Notes: generated by a model from the sequence alone, not told the origin. Positions 1 to 14,330 are shown, counted from the first letter of the whole stretch. The stretch: 63,632 bases of DNA, filler included, from Octopus bimaculoides (GCF_001194135.2; 5 parts of 5 records of this genome joined end to end with filler, not necessarily neighbours in it); one strand, 5' to 3'. Numbers and translations are program-made.

Positions 1-399
1 TATATATATATGTATACGTACATATGTGTGTGCATATGCGTGTGGGGGGGAATGTATATATGTGCGCGCGCGTTTGCATCAATATTTTTGTGAATGAGTT
101 TATGTATGTATGTATGTATGTATATCCGTCTCTGTTATATTTAACAGTAAAAAAAAAACAACCTAATTTATATAAGTAACTGTTTACATTGCTTTAGACG
201 CACGTTGGCCTCATTTGAATGTTTCGAACAACTTATCTTCTTCAAAATCGTCTGCTAATATCTTTATTTAATCACAAACCAATTGATATTTTAAAGAATT
301 AAGTAGAATGTCTGCAAGGGATCTTACTGCTGCTTCTCTTTAATTTTTATTTAATTCATTTATTTAATTAAAACATTTTTTGTGGTTGCTATTGATGAA

Positions 400-512
400 G
401 GTGACGATAATGATAATGATGACGATGATGATGATGACGATGACGACGACGACGACGACGCCGACGACGACGCCGACGACGACGCCGACGACTAAGACGA
501 CGATGATGATGA
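400..512. repeat. Compound (GAT/GAC)n trinucleotide microsatellite
   Basis: Direct reading: gatgatgatgacgatgacgacgacgacgccgacgac; explains the low-complexity ORF 380-571. Confidence 0.9.
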
Positions 513-2335
513 CGAGAAAGGCGATGTTATTCTTATGTCAAGGTTCGCTGCCACATCTTTTCCGTATTTGAATCCCGTTTCGTTAATATTTTACGAATAT
601 TTATTTTATTTTAATATGTAATTTCGCGCATAGTCATTACGAAACCAACGGAAACATTCAGTTTAATTTCTGAAAACTTTTTAGGTTGCCTTCCTTGCTT
701 TCGACTCAAAATCTTATGATTAGCAAAGGTACTTTGCCTAAAAGAGAAATTAAAACATGTACAACGAACAGAAACTAACATGTACATGAACACAAATAGT
801 TTGCACCGATATATATGTGCTTCAAATGTAAAATCAATATTGGACATATTCCTGGTGCAACATTGATAAAACTTTTATAAATTCACTTTCTAATAGAACT
901 AGCATCTTCATTACATAAGTTCCAATGTATTACCACATAAAACACTTAAAAAATATACCCAGTATTGTTTTGTCGCTTTACCCGATTAATTCGCCATCAA
1001 ACCTGCACATATAAGAGAAATATTTCATCATACAATAAGAAGGACATTTCTGTGATCCTTCCTAAATAAACTGACTGTAGTCCAGGCCGATGTGTGCCAA
1101 TATATAAATCCATTTGGGGAATCTTAGGATACTTTGTGTTCAAGACATAAATTGAGGCGAAATATCAAGGAAACAACCGTAGAACACACTCTCAGTCACA
1201 AATATATACACAAATATTTTACAGAGTGGAGTATATGTGAATGTGAGGAGAAGCGATAAATGTTTAAATGAATAATCATATACATGAGATAATTTATTAC
1301 TCTGAAATACCACATGACTATTCTGAATCTGTGACCATCCTCATGCAGATAGAAAGTAACGAGACGTTGGATGAAGACTATTCTGGCGCAGGTTCATTCA
1401 GTATACCTGTGTTTTCAATAGCCATTTGAAAGTAAGTCAACACGTGGATCTAACAAAAAGTAAAGAAGTTAACTATTAAATAGCCTCAAAACCAAAAATA
1501 CAAGTTGCTCTCCGATGATTCTATTTCAATAACATCCACCAGTCGGAAGTGTATAACAATTAACCGAGGAAAACACCTCACATTCGATATTAGAAGCAGA
1601 TAATGCCGAAGCCCCACAAACAACAGAAATACACCATCTGTTTTAATGATTAACTTATGGTAGCTGGAGACAAATAATAGACTGCTCCAAAGACAAGGAA
1701 AAGAAGTGGTAGAAACAAAAAAGAAAACAGGAGAATGTTTTAATGATCAAAATCGAAACGTATGTTAATGTCTAAAGATTATCTTGAGAAATATTACAGC
1801 CGAATTGTTACAAAATTAATAAAGGTCACCGTGTAATCATTGATAATGATTACAATATCCGAAAAGATGCATTTGGAGTTATCTATGTAGTGTCTTGTAC
1901 CCTTGAAAGACATTAAAGCATGTGGCCCCATGGTTTAGTTTTTACAGTGCCCTAATCAGAAGAAACCGTAACAAAACATTATTTAGCCACCCCGTATTGC
2001 GTCATAAATATTTATTGTCAAAAGTTATCTCATCTGCTAAAGTGTACTTACAGATTCAAAATTTTAATGAAGTCTGCCTTAATACATTCCCACCACATAA
2101 AAGTAAGACATTAAAAACACGGTGGAGTGTCTAGTATGACTCCACCAAAAATGATCACGAGCAATTTTGCTTACAACTCGTTTTACCAGAATGAATGGAA
2201 AAGGAATAGGCTATTGTGATAATCTGAGTTGCATTACCTTGTGGCTTCTCACCCGTGGATTACCCCTTTTGTGTTTCATAATTTAACATTGTTCCTTTCA
2301 ATTTCCTTTGGTTTGTATGTCAGTGTGTTAAAAAA

Positions 2336-2826
2336 GTATGTAGCGTAAGTGTAATTTCAATAAAATTTTTAACACTAACGTAAAAGCGGTGTTATTGCAT
2401 GGGGCTGAGACATGGTGAGCAACAGTTAAGTCAAATAAGCAAATACAATCATTCATCAACAGATGCTTGTGTAGTATACTTAAAATTAGATGGCCCGAAT
2501 ACATAAACAATATGGAACTATAGCAAAGAAGAAACTAAGTTTCGATTAGGGAGCAAATATTTAAGAAAAAGTGGAAGTGCATTGGTAGCACAATTAGAAA
2601 GGACACGCCAAATGTAGCGAAAAGTGCTTCACAGTGGAATCCGGATGGATATAGAAAGAGGGGTAGGCCTAAGAACTCGTGGCGTAGATCAACACAAAAG
2701 GAACTAGAGAAAGGGGGACATTCATGGCAGAATATAAGTACAGAAGCGAAACATTATGCGATATGGGATTCAATTATAAGTGGCCTATACTCCGCGTTGG
2801 AGGGTTAAAGGCACGAAAGAAAGAAA
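2336..2826 (+). mobile_element. RTE-clade non-LTR retrotransposon, degenerate 3' fragment (end of RT/C-terminal region plus short tail)
   Basis: Manual translation gives KIFNTNVKAVLLHGAETW, QIQSFINRCLCSILKIRWP and QWNPDGYRKRGRPKNSWRRS, all hallmark RTE C-terminal motifs, interrupted by stops and frameshifts; ends in aaagaaagaaag. Confidence 0.9.
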
Positions 2827-4269
2827 GTCAAAGCAAACGTGTATTAGAAACGTTTGCATGAGGAGTGAAATACATTGAAAGTTCAAATCTCACAAGCGTT
2901 GATTTTCTGAATCCCTTGTATCAATTGCTAAGCCATCTAAAACATCAGTACCCAAATAGGCTAATAATCAAATATAAATAAACATGCATAAATACAATGT
3001 AATTTGAAAAAATAATTATGCGTTTGAAATTCCTTTTCCCAAAAGTTCGTTCTACTACAAAAACGAATGACTAATGTTAAGAGTGCTTCAACGAATAGAG
3101 TAAGCCTTGTGTAACCAAAAGGAACATCAAATTGGTTTTAAGGGAAATTTGCTTTTACATTTTATAAATGACAACGATGCTTCAGCAAATATTGTTCAGG
3201 AAGCCATGTTGAAATTAATGTCCAGGCATGTAGAATTGCTAAAAACAGTTTTTAAATAATAATGATAATAACAATAGCAATAATGATAATGACAGTGATG
3301 AATATAATAATAAAAATACATATGTGAAAATCCAAAACGGCCATAGCCAACTGAAACAAAAAAAAGCCGTGAAAGAGTAAGGCAACTGAGGGTGATTGAA
3401 ATTAAAAGAGAAAAACAAGGAAATACAACATTGGTAATTCGAGCACAACATAGTGTCTTTTCATTCGTTAGCATGCATGAATGTGTGACTTTGTTTTCTC
3501 TTGCTTGTTATACATGTGAAGCACTTGTGAGTCAGTTTGTTCACTATAACGGTTGCAATGGATTTTTTATGTCAATATTATATTTCTATACACAAAAGCG
3601 AGGTTGTGGTAAAAACTGAAATGTTTTTTTTTTCTTTATTGCTCCTATGGGACTTGCAAGTCTTCCGTCTTTGATTACTTCATTGAAACCGGGGTATTAA
3701 ATTTGACGCCATATAAAATAAAAGTACGAGATTCATTAATTATTTTCTGTTTCTTTTTGTTTGTATTTTATATCAATTTATAAGAACAGGGCATTCGTTA
3801 CTTTTCCGCGTGATAAGCAGCTTCCTCCTTCGAACCATTGAAAGCAACACAGCACGATTGCAATTTGTCAGGTATCACATGCTCATCGCAAAATAAACAT
3901 TAGTTACTTTAGCACTCATACAGTAAGGTGGTTAAAATATTGTATGAAAATGCTAAACCTAAAGCTTAAAATTAGCGCTATTTCTATCAAGTGCATAGTC
4001 AAGGTTAGCACTATCCAAACTATTTAATGTTTTCCCTTAGCTACATCTGTCTGCGTTGTACTCGAAACAGTGATCAAATGTGACGAATGGTTAAAGTGAT
4101 ATCCGTAATGAGATTAATGTGTGCTGTCAAAAACGAAACGTAATTTCAGCAGCAAAATCTGTTTAACTGGCAGAAAAGTGACACCGTAAAAAAAAGCAAC
4201 AAAAAGAAAAAGAAAAAAAAACACAAAAATAACAAAAATCCATTGCGCTATTTCTTCCGGTTGTTTAGG

Positions 4270-4628
4270 CTTTGAATTCGATTTTTGACTTTCATTTTTG
4301 TGGGGTTGACAAAATATATAAAGTACCAGTCAAGTATGATTTTGATGGTGCAGAATAACCCCATCGCTTCTTAAAATCTGGCTTTGTATTTGATTAAAAA
4401 TAAATTCAGGGCAAAATCGTTAAACCACAGTAAAAACCGACAATCAACATTTATTCCATTTCTTTTTATTTTACATAGTGAACACAAATCACCCCGGTAT
4501 CAACTTCATCTTTCATTCCCCGTGGGTCAATAAAGTATAGAGCCGCTTAAGTAGTTTGATGATATTGTCTAAATCTCTTCTCGCTCAGAATTGCCGGCCT
4601 TGTGCGCCTAAACTAGAAACCATTATTT
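4270..4628 (+). mobile_element. Two decayed fragments of SINE family B (Meta-domain-like)
   Basis: ctttcatttttgtggggttgacaaaa...aagtaccagtcaagta and ctttcattccccgtgggtcaataaagta...ggccttgtgcgcctaaactagaaac match by eye the better copies at 24213-24447 and 29612-29832. Confidence 0.55.
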
Positions 4629-5849
4629 CAAAAACAAAATACCGTGTCACTGAAATCTCAGTATTTTAACTCTATAATCAAAGTTTATAACAGTTTTTCC
4701 AGTACTTCATTACTTAGAAATTTATATTCAAAGACAGTAAATGACCAGTATCGTTCGAAGGAGCGCGGTGCGTACTAATTTCACATCTTAAGTAGTATGT
4801 TGGAGAATTCCGAATGCTTTAGCTTATATATACAGTGAACACAAGCATCCGCCTCTGTGGTTGTTTAAATCTACTGGGAAGGAAGGATAAAGAACTGCGA
4901 TAAAATAATCTGATTAAAACTTTCAGGAAATGAAGACGATGTCGTTGGAGTCGTTTTGTAATTGAATGTGTACTTGTACATCTTGCTGCATGTTCCGGTA
5001 TTATTAGAACGAGCTACTGAAGCGTATGATGCTTAATTGGAAAGAAAGTGAAGCGATAGCTATATATAAAAATAGAAAGCATAGGGCGATATTGGTAATA
5101 GACAACTGAAATTTGCTATAGAATTACTTCACAGAGGTTTTGCGGCATATACAGTAGCGTCACACATACATGTAATTTTGTGAATTGAAAACGTTCCATA
5201 AATCTATACTATTAAGTGACAAAATCTCAATCTGGTGTAGTGGAGTTGAAATGTAAAGACAGTAATGAGGAAAATAAATTATAATTTCAATGAGATGATC
5301 TAACTTTACTTCAAATAAAGGTGTTGCCAATGAATATAGGTCGAGTAAAAGCAACCGGTTCAATCAGCATACATGTTTCAACAGTATGAAAATTCCACAG
5401 GAAAAGCTATTTGTTGCGAAAGGATTACGCCCACCCTCATATGACTAAAAGTGGACTAAAAGATTTCTATCAAATAGACAACTGTCGAATCGTTAACATT
5501 TCGGGTAGGTTAGCAGTTCACTGCGAGCCGTGGTTAAGAGCGTTGAATCTCGCGTAATAGTAATAGTAGTGCGCCGTATAAATTGTTTCTGTCCCCTCTG
5601 TTTCGTTATATTATATATCCAACATACAAGGATATAAAACTATTGAAGCGAATCGAAAAGATTTAAATGTGGTTAGCATATATAAAATTAAAAGCAATAT
5701 GTAGTTCAGTAGAGAGTTCCATTATGAAACGCTTTGCCAACTAAATAATAAAATGGTTACATCTAGCATACAAAATACCGTGTTTTTCGATCAACTGCAT
5801 TAAACTTCTCGGATCATAGGACTGAATGCATGGTTCTCATGGCGTATAA

Positions 5850-6052
5850 GGGATTGATATCACAACGTACCCTTTCCCAGCCTTGAACGAGACATCAAAC
5901 GGTTGCAGGGTTAGTAATTTACAGCTGAATGGGGTGGATCAATGTGAAATGAAGTCCTTTCCTCAAGAACACGACGCACCAGCCAGCCCCGGATTCGAAA
6001 GCATGATCTTGGGCCGATCGTGAATACGAAATCTTAACCATTGGGCATACAC
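5850..6052 (-). mobile_element. tRNA-derived SINE (family D head and core), degenerate
   Basis: Reverse strand reads as a decayed tRNA-like head with gctttcgaatccggggc, then gtgttcttgaggaaaggacttcatttcacattgatccacc; related to the head at 47500-47640. Confidence 0.55.
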
Positions 6053-6369
6053 TTTGAAGACAAACGGAATTACAGGAGATTATGAATAGAAAGAAATAAG
6101 CAGTGTAATATTAGCGAATGGATCTTCACAGCGAAACAAACTCATGACAGAAACGGACATATTGTGGTTTCATTTGAGATCATAAGTATAGTTTAGTCTC
6201 AAGACTACAGTGGATATNNNNNNNNNNNNNNNNNNNNNNNNNNNNNNNNNNNNNNNNNNNNNNNNNNNNNNNNNNNNNNNNNNNNNNNNNNNNNNNNNNN
6301 NNNNNNNNNNNNNNNNNNNNNNNNNNNNNNNNNNNNNNNNNNNNNNNNNNNNNNNNNNNNNNNNNNNNN

Positions 6370-6401
<32 letters not shown>

Positions 6402-7175
6402 AGAGAGGGAGGGACAGTGAGAGAGTGATTGCCTAAGAATAACAATAAAACGGCTGAGAAATGTCCTGTAAGGAAGCTTTATGTATCGAAATTAAGTAAA
6501 GGATGAAATACCATTATATTGCAGATATGAGATCCTATACCAATATATTTATCGTTAGTCTATTGTTATTTATTCCTCTTCCATTTCATGTCTTAATTTT
6601 CTTTTATTTCAATATAACATTTTCATAAATACCCCGTCTAGGATTATCCATGACGAGCTGGAAAATTTTTTATAACGTATATCTGAAATACGATATTATA
6701 AAGAATATTTATTCATTTGTATTACGAACATAATTGTATTACGTCTTCCTTTTTTTTTAACATTTTGTCGTATTTAGACATAGAATATCAACAAGCGTTG
6801 TTTATATTACGATATTGATAAATTTTCATTCGTCTATGAATGTTAGAACAAGTACACTTGCACACGTATTCATAGAGAAATACACACATTGCCATACGGG
6901 AACACATCTGATGGAATGCGGACATTTCTAGTTCATTCTTCTAAACATATAATAGCCACGAACGAAGAGAATAATATATCTCACTTGCACCTTAAACTGA
7001 GTTAAGTTAGTTAACTAAAACTTCTTTTCGAAAACCATGTTATATAAACTAACACTATCGAATCTTTCTCGTTATTTCCCCACGTTTTTGAATATAGAAA
7101 GTAAGAGAACAGTGAAGACTGAATTAGAAAATTCTTCGCTCATTTTCTCGAGACAGAAAGAAAGCCGCCACGTCA

Positions 7176-7343
7176 ATGTCTAATGGAATTGTTGTTATCT
7201 ATTCTTATCCCCACCTTCCTATTGCTGTTTCAGTACTGGCCATTACAGTAGCGGTCATTACATTGACACTTAATGCATTAGCAACACTTTACATCCATCG
7301 TTTCAGAGGAAGGCATGCTCCGATAAACAAACAACTAAAGTGA
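7176..7343 (+). CDS. Candidate 55-aa ORF or terminal exon encoding one transmembrane helix and a basic tail
   Basis: Manual translation MSNGIVVIYSYPHLPIAVSVLAITVAVITLTLNALATLYIHRFRGRHAPINKQLK*; below the ORF-track cutoff; pyrimidine-rich acceptor-like ttttctcgAG at 7152; no homologue recognised. Confidence 0.3.
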   Translation: MSNGIVVIYSYPHLPIAVSVLAITVAVITLTLNALATLYIHRFRGRHAPINKQLK

Positions 7344-8380
7344 AAGATAAAGAATCACATCATCAACACGATCCATACCTAACCACTTTCTCGCCTAGAG
7401 ACTTTCACAATCTAACCATTACTGATTGATCTCACAGAGAGGCGAATTGACTGACCTTGAATAGCAGTCTTCCGTAAATGCCTTCGGTTGCATACAAAAG
7501 CTATTCTAAAAAGCGAATCAAAACTTTCTCTTCGTATTCTTACTGCGTTGCCATCTAATTATTGCTATTATTTCGCTAACATGGATTTGGTTTCTGGTGG
7601 TTGAATAAAAAAATATAAATAAAATAACGTGGAAATGGATAATGTTCTCACAACTTTGCCTGAAGCTATAAAGTTATCTTCAGTATTTTCGATGTCTCTT
7701 TTCTAAAATTTATTTTATTTTTTCCTTCAGTGTCTTTACTTTCACAAGGCTATTGTAAAACATACAATTAACTGAAAGCAAAATTTTCTTCTCTTGACAA
7801 AGATGTGCAAAATATATAAATAAATAAATAAAATAGAGAATAACATTTAAAAGTTCTAATGTCCTGCTTGTTGAAAGATTTATATAAAAAAAAATGTTAA
7901 AGAATATTGTTAAGCATCTGTTAGTTTGTCTTTTTATACTTTTCTCCCATGAATCCCACTAATGAAACGAAATTTACTTCTAGTTTTATTTCAGCTGCCA
8001 TCTATGCTCTTAATGTTTAAATTTACCAGCCTGAGGCCTATCAAGCCTAGTTAATCAGTAGGATTTTCTCATTCAATGATTCGGCTCAACTACACAAATT
8101 GATATCACATATGTCGGGGAAATATTAAGCTATAAGCCTAAAAGACATCAATTCATCTTCACGTTGGTGCATCACTTTTAGGACGTATGTCCCTTGGCTA
8201 TATATGGCACACGCTGGAATTTAAAAGAATGTTATTTTTTCTCTCTCTCTGAATATGACAAATTCGCTAAAGTTTTATAGTTACATTTAAAATTCTACGC
8301 AGTTGCAAGTGTGTTTTGAGATGCGATACGAATAATAAACACACACATTGAGACAAATACGTACGCACCAATACACAAGC

Positions 8381-8481
<101 letters not shown>

Positions 8482-8939
8482 CATCTTCGGTTTCGCAGTG
8501 AAAAACTTAGATTAAGAAAGACGTGATATATCCAACTCGATAACCTTTTCGTTTTTTTGAAAGAAAAGGCTCATGTTCTATTTTCTTGTTAGCAGATAAA
8601 TAGGAAGGTTTAGTCAATATTGTGTTTAGTGTTAATTTGCCATACGCAGGCTGAAAGGAAATTATACGTAGAATGAAAGCAAATGAGCGATTGCTTGTGG
8701 GCAACGAGTTATTTTTAAGACACTGATTAAAGAAGAGCTTTAAATGGTGTTTGGTTGGGACCAACAAATATTTTATTTAATTCCAAATCTTACATTTGTT
8801 TCAAACAGACACATTGAAATGTTGGACGCCATGTAGAAAAAAGAATTGAGAAATGACTGATAAGTTATAATACTCTTAAATGCCTCAAGAAATAACTGTC
8901 TCTTACGTAAGCACAATACATGAAATATGATGACAGGAG

Positions 8940-9065
8940 TATACTCATTTAATCGACAATAGGACTTGATGGTTAATTTATTTTAGCGATCTTGGAAAGA
9001 CAAAATCTATAGTCAAGGACCTAAAGAGCAATGCGTTCTGTTCGATGCTCTAACGATTCTGCAAA
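8940..9065 (-). mobile_element. Highly decayed SINE family B remnant
   Basis: ttaatcgacaataggacttgatggttaattt and ctaacgattctgc match the reverse complement of the family B core and head (gcagaatcgttag). Confidence 0.5.
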
Positions 9066-11894
9066 TTTATAATGAATCTAGCAGTAATTACCTAGCTGTT
9101 AAATTAGATCACTGTAGAAGTTTTATAAGGAATATATATAGATCAGAGCTTGATAAGGTACCACCGGCTGCACAGTGTTGCGCAGGGAGAAGGGAATTAT
9201 ATAGAAAAAATTCTGCTGACATATATAAGCTTGACAATTTGGTAGAGAAGGATTTCTTTGAGAATTGCAAAGTAAGTTATTGTCTTTCTTATATACCTCG
9301 GGGCAATCCTGACCGAGTAGAATTGTCAGAGGCAAGTTGTAAATATGAGCATCCGGGAATTCTGTTTGTTTCATAGGAATACTGTAAGAGTGGTTTATAT
9401 AACATGTTCTTTAATTTTTAAGACGTTGGCACAAATGAGAAAGATATGACTACCATCTCTTGCAGGGCGAAAAACCGCCTACTCACTGCCTTATTAGTTG
9501 GAATTCATGTGTCTCTATGGCACGTGTATCACTTAAGACTACTATCAGAAAATCAATTTAGGGAAAGATTTCCATTACTTACTGTTTATGGGCCAATAAT
9601 TTTTGTTTTCGAAGAAATAGGAAAATGTGCATCTCCTTAAGATGAAAATTATCTTTGTAAAATAAATATCGCAGTTTTGCTGGGATAACGTTTAAGAATT
9701 AGAAATACCACGCATTATCTTGATTATTTGAGATGGAATGAGAGAATGCACGAATACGATTAACGCATGGTACTCAACCTATTGGCAATTTTATGGTAAG
9801 GGCTCCAGGGTTATATGAGGCCACAGGGCAGCAGTTAAGTTTATATGTAGTATCTAGTTTCACATGATGTCACTAGGTATATAACATAGAAAGCGAAACT
9901 AAAAATTAGGAAAGCCTTAGTTGTTTACAGAAGTATCACATCATTTTGCCATTGGCGACATAGAAAAGGATTTCACTCGGCCTAGATTTCTCTAAGCTAT
10001 TCTCCTTGTTATTTAGAAAACAAAGAATTCCGTGGATAAATCAGTCGTTTAACTTCCTCTATATAATATAATATAATTCATGCAATATATGATATTTAAA
10101 TGAGTTAAACTATATTTAGATATGTTTTATAATGTGTGCGGTAATTCTATATAAGAGGGAAATGTGAGATTTTGTGAAGAGGGTTTCTTTTTTGTACTTT
10201 TACAGTTAAATAATAGCATAACGCACATAACTGAACATACGTATATTTAAAAAAAACACTACCATAAAATGCTACCATCAGAAGTAGCATTTAACGCTAA
10301 ATTTGGAATAGGAATGTAATACACGCATATGATGGATAACAATATGTGTGGAATGGACGAAGGACTTAGATGGAAAGTTTCAATATGTTGTGCTTTCGTA
10401 CTCCATGAATATGTTCATACTCAGTCGATATTCAGTTTTTTGTTGACGCTGGCCAAAGTCTGTAGAAACACTTATACCCAAGACATTTAATGCTAAGAGG
10501 TAGAATGATTTACAGAATAGTTTAGTGTGGAGATGGTTATGCTGTTTACATAAATTAAACCGTAAGATGTACGTTGAGGCAGGTTTGCTGAACAGGATGT
10601 TCAGTAAGTTGGTAGATCAGAGGAGAAGGCATATGTATTTGACGACATTGTTAAGTAGTGTGAGACATACCATAAAACCATAGATATTCATTTCAGATTA
10701 CAATAGTAACTCGGTTTTCGAACAATTTTAATCGCGAATAAATAGTGATTTATATATAAGATNNNNNNNNNNNNNNNNNNNNNNNNNNNNNNNNNNNNNN
10801 NNNNNNNNNNNNNNNNNNNNNNNNNNNNNNNNNNNNNNNNNNNNNNNNNNNNNNNNNNNNNNNNNNNNNNNNNNNNNNNNNNNNNNNNNNNNNNNNNNNN
10901 NNNNNNNNNNNNNNNNNNNNNNNNNNNNNNNNNNNNNNNNNNNNNNNNNNNNNNNNNNNNNNNNNNNNNNNNNNNNNNNNNNNNNNNNNNNNNNNNNNNN
11001 NNNNNNNNNNNNNNNNNNNNNNNNNNNNNNNNNNNNNNNNNNNNNNNNNNNNNNNNNNNNNNNNNNNNNNNNNNNNNNNNNNNNNNNNNNNNNNNNNNNN
11101 NNNNNNNNNNNNNNNNNNNNNNNNNNNNNNNNNNNNNNNNNNNNNNNNNNNNNNNNNNNNNNNNNNNNNNNNNNNNNNNNNNNNNNNNNNNNNNNNNNNN
11201 NNNNNNNNNNNNNNNNNNNNNNNNNNNNNNNNNNNNNNNNNNNNNNNNNNNNNNNNNNNNNNNNNNNNNNNNNNNNNNNNNNNNNNNNNNNNNNNNNNNN
11301 NNNNNNNNNNNNNNNNNNNNNNNNNNNNNNNNNNNNNNNNNNNNNNNNNNNNNNNNNNNNNNNNNNNNNNNNNNNNNNNNNNNNNNNNNNNNNNNNNNNN
11401 NNNNNNNNNNNNNNNNNNNNNNNNNNNNNNNNNNNNNNNNNNNNNNNNNNNNNNNNNNNNNNNNNNNNNNNNNNNNNNNNNNNNNNNNNNNNNNNNNNNN
11501 NNNNNNNNNNNNNNNNNNNNNNNNNNNNNNNNNNNNNNNNNNNNNNNNNNNNATACCGGCCATCATGAAATACCACAAGGTATAGAAAATACTTATTCGC
11601 CTTTATATATTTAATCCTTTATATTGAACACTCAATATTTCATCTATTCAATAAGACATATTCCATATATTCAATAAAACATTCAATACTTTATTTCATT
11701 ATCCCATCCATTTTTATTTTATATTATATATTGTATATTCCATATTCTATATCCCACATTAATTTTACAAGAATTTAAATAAAACATAAAAAACAGAGTT
11801 GGAACTCTTTTAAACAAAATAATATATTCCTCTATACACAATCATACAAAACCCCTTTTTTGTATTTATTTTTACTCACATATATATATATGTA

Positions 11895-12260
11895 TACTCC
11901 TTTATTTGTTTCAGTCATTTGACTGCGGCCATGCTGGAGCACGGCCTTTAGTCCAGCAAATCGACCTCTGGACTTATTCTTTGTAATCCTAGTACTTATT
12001 CTATCGGTGTCTTTTGTGGAACCGCTAAGTTACGGGGAGGTACATACACCAGCATCGGTTGTCAAGCTCGAAGGGGACGAACACAGACACACACAAACAT
12101 ATATATATATATACATACATATCTACTCTCCACTTACAAGGCTTTGTTCGGCCCGAGGCTAATAGTAGAAGATTCCTGCACAAGGTGCCACGCAGTGGGA
12201 CTGAACCCAGAACCATGTGGTTGGTAAGCAAGCTACTTCCCACACAGACAGTCCTGCACC
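11895..12260 (-). mobile_element. SINE family A (tRNA head, CORE-like segment, internal microsatellite, 3' module), near full length with an internal deletion
   Basis: Colinear with 46693-47104; head gcaggactgtctgtgtgg...gggttcagtcccactgcgtggcacc on the reverse strand. Confidence 0.9.
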
Positions 12261-13549
12261 TATATGTATATATATATATATATNNNNNNNNNNNNNNNNN
12301 NNNNNNNNNNNNNNNNNNNNNNNNNNNNNNNNNNNNNNNNNNNNNNNNNNNNNNNNNNNNNNNNNNNNNNNNNNNNNNNNNNNNNNNNNNNNNNNNNNNN
12401 NNNNNNNNNNNNNNNNNNNNNNNNNNNNNNNNNNNNNNNNNNNNNNNNNNNNNNNNNNNNNNNNNNNNNNNNNNNNNNNNNNNNNNNNNNNNNNNNNNNN
12501 NNNNNNNNNNNNNNNNNNNNNNNNNNNNNNNNNNNNNNNNNNNNNNNNNNNNNNNNNNNNNNNNNNNNNNNNNNNNNNNNNNNNNNNNNNNNNNNNNNNN
12601 NNNNNNNNNNNNNNNNNNNNNNNNNNNNNNNNNNNNNNNNNNNNNNNNNNNNNNNNNNNNNNNNNNNNNNNNNNNNNNNNNNNNNNNNNNNNNNNNNNNN
12701 NNNNNNNNNNNNNNNNNNNNNNNNNNNNNNNNNNNNNNNNNNNNNNNNNNNNNNNNNNNNNNNNNNNNNNNNNNNNNNNNNNNNNNNNNNNNNNNNNNNN
12801 NNNNNNNNNNNNNNNNNNNNNNATATATATATAAAGCAAGATTTATTCGTCATCAGAGGCGTTCGTAATCCGAGGTTCTACTGTCTTATATACTAGGTTT
12901 ATAAGAACCGTAAGAAATTTTAATGAATGTCATTGATTACATATAGTATGAGTAATATACTGCAACTATGATATCATCTTAATAAGAAGATCCCACTAGA
13001 ATCTGGCCTTGTGACTACCACTAGGCAGAGAAAATCTATTCAATATTAATGCGATTATTCGGTGTAACAGAGGACTTTTTTCATGAATAACGTTCGTGAT
13101 CTAAATTTAATTCCCTGTGGTAGACACTTTTTCATTTACGTCAATAATTCTCTTCGGATAGATATAAACGTTATAATTTCCAATTTCACCTTAGCTATAA
13201 CATCTAAGACCCTGTGACTATGCAAAAATCGTTATTCACATGAGCTTTGTAGCTTCAGCTCTATTTATAGTTTAGACGTGCGAATGAATATTTTTGAAGT
13301 CAGGAGATTTTCATCAGAAGTGAATTTGAGCGTTTACGACAGTGTTGCACGGCCTTAGTGAATAGGTTTTACTGTTCACAAAACACATAATATTCCGTCT
13401 TTTACAATCCATCAAGCATCAATATATTCCGAGGTCACGTTTGATGTATATTATGAAGAATATCATTGACAGAGAATGTAAATGTTAAACAGAGGAATCT
13501 GGAAGTTTCAGTTAACGGAGATAATAGGATTGTAGGATTCAATGCACAC

Positions 13550-13705
13550 ATACGCAGGTGCACGTGCACGCACACACACACACACAACAACATACAGACA
13601 CACACTCACACACACACGCATAAACACACATATACATATGCATATATATAGATATATGTTTGTAAGGATAAATATTGCTTATAAACACACACACACAAAC
13701 ACACA

Positions 13706-13780
<75 letters not shown>

Positions 13781-14063
13781 AAGTACACACACTACACACA
13801 TACACACACACACACACATATATATATGTATATATATATCAATATAAATATTACCGTATATAAACATATAAACTCATATAACGCACTAGTATATATGTAC
13901 ATATATTAATATATACACATATTTACAACTACCCATACGTATGTGTATACATATGTACATCAATCAATCCGCCTCTATATATGAGTCTCTGTCTGTCTAT
14001 CTCTCTGTCTATCTATCTATGTACCTATGTATCTATGTATCTATCTATCTATCTATCTATCTT

Positions 14064-14106
<43 letters not shown>

Positions 14107-14115
14107 ATCTATCTA

Positions 14116-14182
<67 letters not shown>

Positions 14183-14276
14183 GTATCTGTCTGTCTCTCT
14201 ATGTATTTATCTATATACCTATATCCATCTATATGTATCTATCTATATATATTAATATACACACCTGCCCAGATAC

Positions 14277-14330
<54 letters not shown>
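13550..14330. repeat. Large compound microsatellite (CA)n/(TA)n/(CTAT)n
   Basis: Direct reading; source of the HTHT, YIYI and LSIY pseudo-ORFs. Confidence 0.95.

Noticed and set aside
1080-1700. Stretch with protein-like short frames (e.g. DYSESVTILMQIESNETLDEDYSGAG)
   Set aside because: Frames are interrupted and no family is recognisable; not supportable as a gene or TE.
10688-11578. Long ORFs in the track made of X residues (also near 12.2, 30, 33, 36, 44, 49, 53, 54 and 61 kb)
   Set aside because: They span N gaps; the absence of stops is an artefact.
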